From positions 96,001 to 160,000 of the IMG/VR virus record IMGVR_UViG_3300036985_007703: DNA of 64,000 nucleotides; one strand, 5' to 3'. Below, piece by piece: positions 45,959-52,913 of this stretch (its first letter is position 1; each line of letters begins with the position of its first letter). A program made the position numbers and the translations under genes. The notes under the pieces were generated by a model that saw only the letters and a list, made by a program, of their open reading frames with translations, searched no databases and was not told the DNA's origin. Origin of the DNA: a virus.

Positions 45959-46062
45959 TGGGGGCTCCTGCGGGGGGAGGGGATCTGGGGGCGGCGCGGT
46001 CCTGGGCTCCCCCCGTGGGGCCGCGGGCCCGCCCGCCGCGCGCCATGCGCGGGGGCACGGGG

Positions 46063-46092
46063 ACCATAGCGCGCCCGCGGGGGATTTGTCAA
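46063..46092 (-). promoter_or_regulatory. sigma70-type promoter TTGACA-N18-TATGGT
   Basis: Perfect -35, upstream of the ASCH-Cas4-RuvC unit. Confidence 0.7.
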
Positions 46093-46379
46093 CCGTTTGC
46101 GAGGGCGCGGCGGAGGGCGGCGACGGTGGCGTCCCAGGCGGCGCCGTGGAGGTCCAGGGGGACGGCCACGGCATCCGCGGGGGTCAGGGGGTGGACGCGG
46201 ACCCCGCCGGGGGCCTCCGCCACGAGGGCGGCGCGGCCGTCGAGAGTGACGAGGGCGGTGGCGTGGCCGTCCATGGGGCCGCTCCACTGGACGGTGGCCC
46301 CGGCGGCCTTGAGGACGCTGGCGAGGGTGGGGGCGTGCAGGGCGCGCTCCGTGAGGGCCTGGATCGAGGGGATCGTCAT
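46089..46379 (-). CDS. hypothetical protein (MTIPSIQALTE/R)
   Basis: GGAGG RBS; ATGA-coupled. Confidence 0.55.
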   Translation of the reverse strand: MTIPSIQALTERALHAPTLASVLKAAGATVQWSGPMDGHATALVTLDGRAALVAEAPGGVRVHPLTPADAVAVPLDLHGAAWDATVAALRRALANG

Positions 46380-47023
46380 GGGGGAGCCTCCGTCTTGATG
46401 GTCTGTGCAACCTCTGCGAGCCACGCACCGAGGGCCGCGCCGACCGCCGACGGGGCCAGGGGCCAGCGGTCCACACCCGGCAGGGCCGCGGGCGCCGGCT
46501 GGGGCAGGGCCGCCCCGTCGATGCTCACCTTGAGCTTGGGCGCGCCGCTCCCCGTGCGGGGCAGCGCGAGGGCTGCGTCGACGCGGATGCGGGCGGCCCC
46601 CGCGTACCACGCGGCCATCACGCTGAGGCGCCGGGTCAGGTCGTCCTTGCCCAGCTCGACCTCGCCGACCACGCGCACAGCGCCGCGCGGCCCGACGGCG
46701 GCCTCCAGGACCCGCCCGGCGACGGCCGCCGCGACCTCCATCTGCCCGTCGTCCCACTCGCGGGCCATCCCCGCCTGCAGGGCCGCCTCGGCCGCCTGCG
46801 CCTCGGGGTGCTGATGGCGCCACGCCGCGTTGCCCTGGCGGTCCGCCTGCTCGCCCCCGAGATCCGCTACGCGATCGAGGTAGCTGGTGTAATAGAAGTC
46901 CCCGCGCACGGGGTCGGTGGGCGCCTTGGCCGCCGCCGCCACGAGGGCGCGGGCCACGGCGCGCTCCACGCTCCGCCGCATGCGGTAGGCCTCCTCCAGA
47001 CGCTGCAAGAGCGTGCGCATCAT
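46376..47023 (-). CDS. leader-bearing protein
   Basis: MMRTLLQRLEE/A. Confidence 0.75.
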   Translation of the reverse strand: MMRTLLQRLEEAYRMRRSVERAVARALVAAAAKAPTDPVRGDFYYTSYLDRVADLGGEQADRQGNAAWRHQHPEAQAAEAALQAGMAREWDDGQMEVAAAVAGRVLEAAVGPRGAVRVVGEVELGKDDLTRRLSVMAAWYAGAARIRVDAALALPRTGSGAPKLKVSIDGAALPQPAPAALPGVDRWPLAPSAVGAALGAWLAEVAQTIKTEAPP

Positions 47024-47424
47024 GCGGCCTCAAAGCCTTTCTGCGCGGCCTGCGCGAGGGCCTGCTGCACCGCCGCCCGCACCGCGTCGGCCGCCGCCTG
47101 GGGCGCCACCGGCCACCCATCCCCCACCGGCACGCGCGCCATCAGCGGCGCGGGACGCACCCCGTAGCGGCCCACCCACGCCTCGGCCACCCATGGCCCG
47201 TCCGGGGCCATGCGCACCTGCACCACGAGGGTCGAGCGCTCCCCGCGCGAGCGCGCCAGGCGCGTCCCCACCTCGCCGCCCGCCCGCGCCTTGATCTCCA
47301 CGCGCACCTTGCACAGCGCGGGCTCGTCGACCACCACCTCCACCGCCCCCACCGGGACAGCGCGCTGCAGCGCCGCCTCGATCCCCATCGCCTCCTCTAG
47401 CCGTCGCAGCAAGGTGCGCATCAT
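47020..47424 (-). CDS. leader-bearing protein (partial paralog of 46376-47023)
   Basis: MMRTLLRRLEE/A; shared C-terminal WP[LV]AP.A; GGAGG RBS. Confidence 0.75.
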   Translation of the reverse strand: MMRTLLRRLEEAMGIEAALQRAVPVGAVEVVVDEPALCKVRVEIKARAGGEVGTRLARSRGERSTLVVQVRMAPDGPWVAEAWVGRYGVRPAPLMARVPVGDGWPVAPQAAADAVRAAVQQALAQAAQKGFEAA

Positions 47425-47432
47425 GTCCTCCG

Positions 47433-47654
47433 TCACTCGCCGCGCGGGGCGGCCTCGATGTCCACCTCGGTGTACCAGCACGCGCAGAGCCGCTGCCCGT
47501 TCGGGGCCGTCCCCACCGGGGCACTCCCCGTCAGGGTGGGGTGCGCCCGCGCGCAGGCCACCCGGCATTGATCCGCCCCGCGCGGGGGAGGCATCGCCCC
47601 GCAGGCCCCCGCCAGCAGCCCCCCCGCGAGCAGGAGCCCCCAGCGCTCACGCAT
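47433..47654 (-). CDS. small Cys-rich lipoprotein
   Basis: MRERWGLLLAGGLLAGA/C lipobox; four further Cys. Confidence 0.6.
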   Translation of the reverse strand: MRERWGLLLAGGLLAGACGAMPPPRGADQCRVACARAHPTLTGSAPVGTAPNGQRLCACWYTEVDIEAAPRGE

Positions 47655-48660
47655 GCGGGATCCCCTCCTCGACGGTCGCCAGGGCGCTCTCCGCCGCCAT
47701 GAGCGCCTTGGCCAACCGCCCCGCCTCGGGGTTCGCGAGGAACCCGTTGTCGCACACCGGGCAGATCGGCTCGCAGAGGCGACACCGGGGATCGTGGACC
47801 TGCGGGGGGCCCTCCACGCACTCCATGCACCCCACGCACCCATGCGAGGCGTCCCGCAGGGGGCCCGTGTAGCCGCACTCCTGGCAGGTCCCCGGCTCCG
47901 TGGTCTGCCCATCGGGCTCCTCGCCCCGCAGGTGGCCGATCACCTCCCGCAGCGCGCACCCCACGATCGCCAGGCGGTTCGTCGCGTCGTCCATCCGGCC
48001 CTCAGCGCCGCTTCCCGTCGTGCGGCTCGATGATCGCCTGGACCCGCGCCTGGAGCTGCCGCTCCTCGGCCGGGGTCCACCCGCTGGCCCGCGCGACCGG
48101 CGTCGGGGGGGGCGCCTTGCGTACGCGCGTACGCAGCTCCGCGTCGCAGGCCTGCTCCTGGTGCAGGCGCCGCGTCAGCTCCGCCGCGACCCCCATGGCC
48201 TCGTGGCTCACCACCACGAGGAGGGTCGCCAGCAGCACGACGAGGCCGCTCATCACCGCGATCCAGATGCTCCGCACGTACACGCTCGTGTTCATGGCCG
48301 GGGCACCCCCTCGATCGTGGCGTAAAAGGCCGCCACGCCGCGGTGCGCCGTGCAGGCGAGCCCCCACCCCGGTATCTGCACCACCTTGTCGTCGCCCACC
48401 TGCGGGGCGTCCGTGGTATCTCCTAGCCGCACCACGCGCCCGCAGATCCGGCAGGCCCCCACCCGCATCGCGGGGTCCGCGGGCCGCGGCGCGTAGGCCT
48501 GGTCCTCCCAGAAGGTCGCCCCGCAGGGGCATCGGTAGGCCAGCGTGGTGTTCCCGTTGGCCAGCAGGGACTGCCCCACGTCCGCCGGGATCGCCCAGCG
48601 CCCCGTGTCGGGATCCCGCACGGGGATCCCGCAGACGCTGCAGGTGCAGGGCTCCGTCAT
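47647..48660 (-). CDS. three small coupled ORFs: Cys-rich (47647-47994), membrane (48002-48295), zinc-finger (48292-48660)
   Basis: CxxC pairs; one TM helix; overlapping start/stop codons. Confidence 0.55.
48118..48135. repeat. 18-bp palindromic motif copy 10 (perfect variant, in CDS, encodes RTRVR)
   Basis: TGCGTACGCGCGTACGCA. Confidence 0.85.
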
Positions 48661-49109
48661 GGCGCCGGGGGCATCCAGGAGCCCGTCTCCAGGCGCGCCC
48701 CGAGGTAGCGCGCCACCGCGTCCAGGGGGCTGCTCACGATCCCCGCGACCTGGGGGCAGACCCCCGAGGGCTCGAACTTGGTGCCCCGCCACGCCGCCGT
48801 GAGGTCGTCGAGGCCCCACGCCCCGAGCTGCAGGAGCGTGCTCGCCTGCCGGCAGATCACCTCCAGCTGCGCCCGCGCGTCGTCCACGATCTGCGTCGCC
48901 AGCTCGTCCGCCACGGGGTCCGCGTAGCCCTCCGCGTGGGCCCCCCGGCTGATCGTGATGTTGATGTAAATGGGGCGATCCCCCGAGAACGCCACCTTGG
49001 TATAGAGGTCGTGCGCGCCGATCGTCAGCTTCGCAGTGCGCCCCACCGCCCCCTTCCCCAGACAGGCCTCGCCCTGCGCCCAGACATCGCGATGTGGATA
49101 CGCTTCCAT
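48657..49109 (-). CDS. stand-alone TSCPD-like domain (C-terminal part of class II ribonucleotide reductase)
   Basis: STLLQLG...GTKFEPSG...SSPLDAVARYL. Confidence 0.65.
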   Translation of the reverse strand: MEAYPHRDVWAQGEACLGKGAVGRTAKLTIGAHDLYTKVAFSGDRPIYINITISRGAHAEGYADPVADELATQIVDDARAQLEVICRQASTLLQLGAWGLDDLTAAWRGTKFEPSGVCPQVAGIVSSPLDAVARYLGARLETGSWMPPAP

Positions 49110-49165
49110 GCGGGCAGTTCTACCACGGATCGCCGCCCAACTCACGCTTCACCACGCCCCATCGC

Positions 49166-49778
49166 TCACTCGACCGACACGGCCCCCACGGTCCACCGGA
49201 GGTCCGCACAGTCCGCGTGAGGGCGCTCGCTCGCGTCATCGGTCGCCAGGAACTCCACGGCCCCATCGGGCTGCTCATTCCAACGCACGGGAGCCCCCGT
49301 GTCGCCCTCCCACATCCGAAAGCGATCCCCCCGCCGGATGTCCCGCAGCTCCACCTCTGCCCACTGCCCATCCGCCCCCAACCGCTCGATGCGCCGCAGC
49401 AGTTTATCAGTCGCCATGGGGATCCTCCGCCGTGATCTCCGACGCCACGCCGATCCGCGTCTTCTGCAGCTCCGCCCGGATCGCCATCAACTCCTGGAGC
49501 GTCCCGTGGAGCACCAACTGCCCCCGCCGATCCTTGTTGTGGTGGTCCGCAACGGTCATCTTTAACTTGAGGATCGCCGCCTGCCACCCCTCCTGAAACG
49601 CCTGCGCGACGAAATCCCGAGCCTCCTCCTCGGTCTTGCGGGTGATGTCGGCCTGGTAATGATTCACATACACCCCCGCCGCCCGCTTGGCAGCCATGGC
49701 GACGGTGTAGTCGATGCTCTGCGAGGCGGCCTCTGCGGCCACCCAGCGCACGTCCTCGGGGGTCATCACCTTGCCCAT
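49166..49778 (-). CDS. two small hypothetical ORFs (49166-49417, 49407-49778)
   Basis: RBS-preceded, overlapping ORFs. Confidence 0.55.
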
Positions 49779-49779
49779 G

Positions 49780-51288
49780 TCAATCCTCCTTGCCCAACAA
49801 GACCGCCAGGTACTCGTCCGCAATCGCGCGGTCGCTGGCCTGCTCCGCCGCGGGCAGCTCCGCATACGGGGTCTTGGCCTGGCGGTACCACCGCGCGATG
49901 GCCTCGTGCCCCCGCGCGAGCCCCGCCCCACCCTCGGCGTCGGTCGTCAGCGCGATGAGCCCCGCGTGCTCCCCCTGCCACGCCATCCAGCGCGCCCACA
50001 CCATGTGGACGTGATCCGCGAGGGCCTCCCGCCGCTCGCGCATGCGCATACGCAGGGCCGCGTCCGCATCGGTCAGGATCCCGATGGCCCACCCCACGTC
50101 CGCCCGCAGGAGGGATTCCAAGATCCGCTGCGCCCACGCCTCTATCTGCTCCGGGGCCACCCGCAGCCCCGCCTCGCCGGTCAACAGGCACAGCGCATCG
50201 AACACGGCGAAGGCCGCGGTCTCCTGCGCATCGGCCCGCAGCGCCTCGGCCGGCGGGGCCCCCGCCGTCAGCTGGGCCCGCTCCGCCTCGCGCTCCTGCC
50301 GCTGCTTCGTCAGCAGGAAGTCGTGCATGGCCATCATGGCGTTGGCGAACCAGCCCCGCATGAGGTCGAGGTCCGCCGTGGGATAGTGCGCGCAGTAGAG
50401 GCGCGCCCAGGCGTCCGCATCCGGGTTGAAGTGGATGCTGTGGTCGTAGTCGGCCACATCGACCGCGTCCTCGGGCTGGCCCTCGGCGGGCTGGTCGGGC
50501 GTGTCGTCACAATACGGCGCCACGGGGCCCAGGCACCGCGCGGCCAGCCCCTGCGTCACGCGCACCCCGTGCCCGCCCTCGTCGGTCCAGAGGCCCCCGC
50601 TGCCGTCCCGCACCACGCGGCGCACCACGCGCTTCTCGGCGCCATCCGCGCAGTCCTCCTCGAACCAGAAGTACCCCTCCACGCCCGGCTGCACGCCCTC
50701 GAACGTGGCCAGCAGGGCCCGGTCCACGGCCGCCGAGATCGCATCGCTCAGCGCATCGTCATGGTAGCTCCGCGAGCCATCCGGGTGCGTCGTCCACCCC
50801 TCCGCGGGGCCCAGGGCGTCGATCGTCCGGTCCAGCTGCTCGGAGAACGCCTCCAGGGCCTCCGCCACCTGCGCCCCGGCCGCCGTCACGCTGCCCCGCA
50901 CGCGCAGGTCCTCGATCGGCTCGGGGGCCTGCGTCAGCACCACGTCCACCCCCAGCACGTCGCCCTCCTTCATCTCGATCCTCGCAATCTCGGCCGCCAT
51001 GCTCGCCGCGGCGACCGCCTCGTTGTGGCGCACCATCCGGTCCGCCGTCTCACGATCGCACACCATCGGGGACGCCGGGGGCATCAGCTGCACGTCGATG
51101 ATCCGGGGCGCTACCGCCACGTAGTCCACGCGCCCCAGCGCCGCCCGCGCCCAAGGCGCCAAGATCCCCCGCGGCGCCTGGTAGGTCGGCGCCTCGGCCT
51201 GCATGCGCCGGATGCGCTGCCGGACCGCCTCGGGGTCCCACTGGAACGCGTCCCCGTTGGCGTTCCCCTTGGGATCGTCGTCACCCAT
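49780..51288 (-). CDS. mosaic multi-module hypothetical protein
   Basis: 502 aa; capsid-like N-terminal peptide, GWFANAMM module, C-terminal HMVWARW...PYAELPAAEQASDR (RyR-repeat-like). Confidence 0.6.
   Translation of the reverse strand: MGDDDPKGNANGDAFQWDPEAVRQRIRRMQAEAPTYQAPRGILAPWARAALGRVDYVAVAPRIIDVQLMPPASPMVCDRETADRMVRHNEAVAAASMAAEIARIEMKEGDVLGVDVVLTQAPEPIEDLRVRGSVTAAGAQVAEALEAFSEQLDRTIDALGPAEGWTTHPDGSRSYHDDALSDAISAAVDRALLATFEGVQPGVEGYFWFEEDCADGAEKRVVRRVVRDGSGGLWTDEGGHGVRVTQGLAARCLGPVAPYCDDTPDQPAEGQPEDAVDVADYDHSIHFNPDADAWARLYCAHYPTADLDLMRGWFANAMMAMHDFLLTKQRQEREAERAQLTAGAPPAEALRADAQETAAFAVFDALCLLTGEAGLRVAPEQIEAWAQRILESLLRADVGWAIGILTDADAALRMRMRERREALADHVHMVWARWMAWQGEHAGLIALTTDAEGGAGLARGHEAIARWYRQAKTPYAELPAAEQASDRAIADEYLAVLLGKED
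50037..50054. repeat. 18-bp palindromic motif copy 11 (in CDS, encodes RMRMR)
   Basis: CGCGCATGCGCATACGCA. Confidence 0.85.
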
Positions 51289-51290
51289 CG

Positions 51291-51698
51291 TCAGTCCTCC
51301 TGATAGGTCTCGTACCACTCCAACTGGTCCGCCGCCGGCCAACAGATGCACGTGTCCGCAGGCAGGGCCACCCCGCCCCGTGCATCGCCCCGGATCTGCT
51401 TGGCCAGCTCCGCCGCCAGCTCGTTCGCCGCATCCTCGTCCGGCGCCTCGACCCGGAACTCCAGGTCCACCGTCGCCGTCGCGCGCACCTTAAATTTCGC
51501 CATGATCCGCTCCTTCTGTGGCGTCCTCGCCACGTAGCACTCGCAGTCCGCCGCGCCGGGGTCCGAGGCCCGCTGAAAACGGGCATACCCAGCGTGCTTC
51601 TCAAACGCCCAAAATGGCGCTGTTGCCCGGCACTCGCCATGGTTGGCATCCGTGGGGAGACACCGCCGCCAGTGCCCGCACGTCCCGCACGTCCTCAT
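51291..51698 (-). CDS. hypothetical protein (Cys-rich N-terminus; possible internal start at 51503)
   Basis: CGTCGHW...C; AAGGAG before the internal MAKFKV. Confidence 0.5.
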   Translation of the reverse strand: MRTCGTCGHWRRCLPTDANHGECRATAPFWAFEKHAGYARFQRASDPGAADCECYVARTPQKERIMAKFKVRATATVDLEFRVEAPDEDAANELAAELAKQIRGDARGGVALPADTCICWPAADQLEWYETYQED

Positions 51699-52318
51699 CG
51701 CGTCACCCCATGCCACGCTACCGCGATGGCGTCGTAGATCACCTTCCGCTGGGCATCGGTGAAGGCCCACCGCACCCCCACGTTTGCGTCCGCCCACTCC
51801 ACCGGAGACCCTCCACGCTCCTCGCTCACCGCGCACCAGTCCGCGACCATCTCGTACAGGTAGAGGTCGAGCATCCGCGTCGCATCCACGATCTTGGCGG
51901 GCGGCGCATCTCGGTCCTGCAGGTTGATGCACGCCGCGCGGATCCGCACGTCGGGATCCCAGTGCTCGGGGTGGTGCGGGTTGACCCGCACGTGCAGCTC
52001 CGTCGCTGCCCGCATCCGCCCCTCCATTCCCGGAGGCGGATCGAAGGGCACCCCGAGGTCCCGGCAGCGGTACTGCCACGTCACCCAGATATAGGGCTCG
52101 CGCTCGGGCTCGCGCAGCTTGCTCTGGTCGTGCACCTCCATCCGGCATATCAGCTGCCCCGCCATTATGTCGGAAAGCGCATCCGCCAGCCGCCGGCAAT
52201 ACTTCTGCACGAGGTCGATGTGCCGGTAGGTGCGCCGCTCGAAGTGCGCCACCATCTCGTCCACCCGCTGCTGCCACGCCAGCGTCGGCACGTTCACGCC
52301 ATTCACGTCAATCGGCAT
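51695..52318 (-). CDS. HD-like phosphohydrolase (DUF5662-type)
   Basis: HIDLV, HDQSK, H...NPHHPEHW, EMVADWCA. Confidence 0.7.
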   Translation of the reverse strand: MPIDVNGVNVPTLAWQQRVDEMVAHFERRTYRHIDLVQKYCRRLADALSDIMAGQLICRMEVHDQSKLREPEREPYIWVTWQYRCRDLGVPFDPPPGMEGRMRAATELHVRVNPHHPEHWDPDVRIRAACINLQDRDAPPAKIVDATRMLDLYLYEMVADWCAVSEERGGSPVEWADANVGVRWAFTDAQRKVIYDAIAVAWHGVTR

Positions 52319-52913
52319 CACGCTTCTCCTCCGCGTAGGCCAGGGCCTGCACCAGCGCCCGTCGCCGCACATAGCGGAAGTCCGGCTGTTGGTATCCTTT
52401 GTCGTGCGTCCTCAAGACCACGAACCCGTAGCAGCGCAGGTTCATAAAAATCGCGCCATCCCAGCCCGCCATGGGCTCGCAGCAGGCGTTGCGCACCGCC
52501 ACCCGCACATACCACGCGATCTCATGCTCCGGCACCGCCGCCGTGGCCTCCCGCACCGCCTCGCGCACCTCCCGCAGGCGATCCGCCGACGCCTCCCCCT
52601 CCGCATAGGCCCGCACCACCCGCAGCGCCTCGGCACAGGCGGGGTGCTCGTCTTTCGCGCTCTCCCGCGTCCACTGCGCGAGGTCGGCCGCCAGGTGGCG
52701 CCGCCGCCGCTCATCCAACACGTGCTCCACGAGCAGCCACGTGAGGTCACGGATGTCCACGTCGGGGTCCTTCGCGAGGGCCGCCACCTCGGCGGGGGCC
52801 AACTCCACGCGCCCCCGCCAGAGCTTGGCCACCCGCTTGGGGGTCCATACCCCGCTGGGCCGGCGGGCCAGCACCATCGCCTCCGTGAGGCCCGTCGGGC
52901 GCTCCGCGCTCAT
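52308..52913 (-). CDS. helical hypothetical protein (Imm5-like)
   Basis: LAADLA...EALRVVRAYAEGEAS. Confidence 0.45.
   Translation of the reverse strand: MSAERPTGLTEAMVLARRPSGVWTPKRVAKLWRGRVELAPAEVAALAKDPDVDIRDLTWLLVEHVLDERRRRHLAADLAQWTRESAKDEHPACAEALRVVRAYAEGEASADRLREVREAVREATAAVPEHEIAWYVRVAVRNACCEPMAGWDGAIFMNLRCYGFVVLRTHDKGYQQPDFRYVRRRALVQALAYAEEKRDAD

Noticed and set aside
3501-50054. The 18-bp palindromes as CRISPR repeats, or as eukaryotic NRF1 sites (TGCGCATGCGCA)
   Set aside because: Copies are 2-10 kb apart with no spacer periodicity, and the context is a bacteriophage, so the NRF1 resemblance is treated as coincidental.
4724-51303. Long plus-strand ORFs (e.g. 4724-6664, 13649-16300, 30939-33422, 36564-38600, 49714-51303)
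   Set aside because: They are antisense shadows of well-supported minus-strand genes in high-GC DNA, with Arg/Pro/Ala-rich translations and no recognisable motifs.
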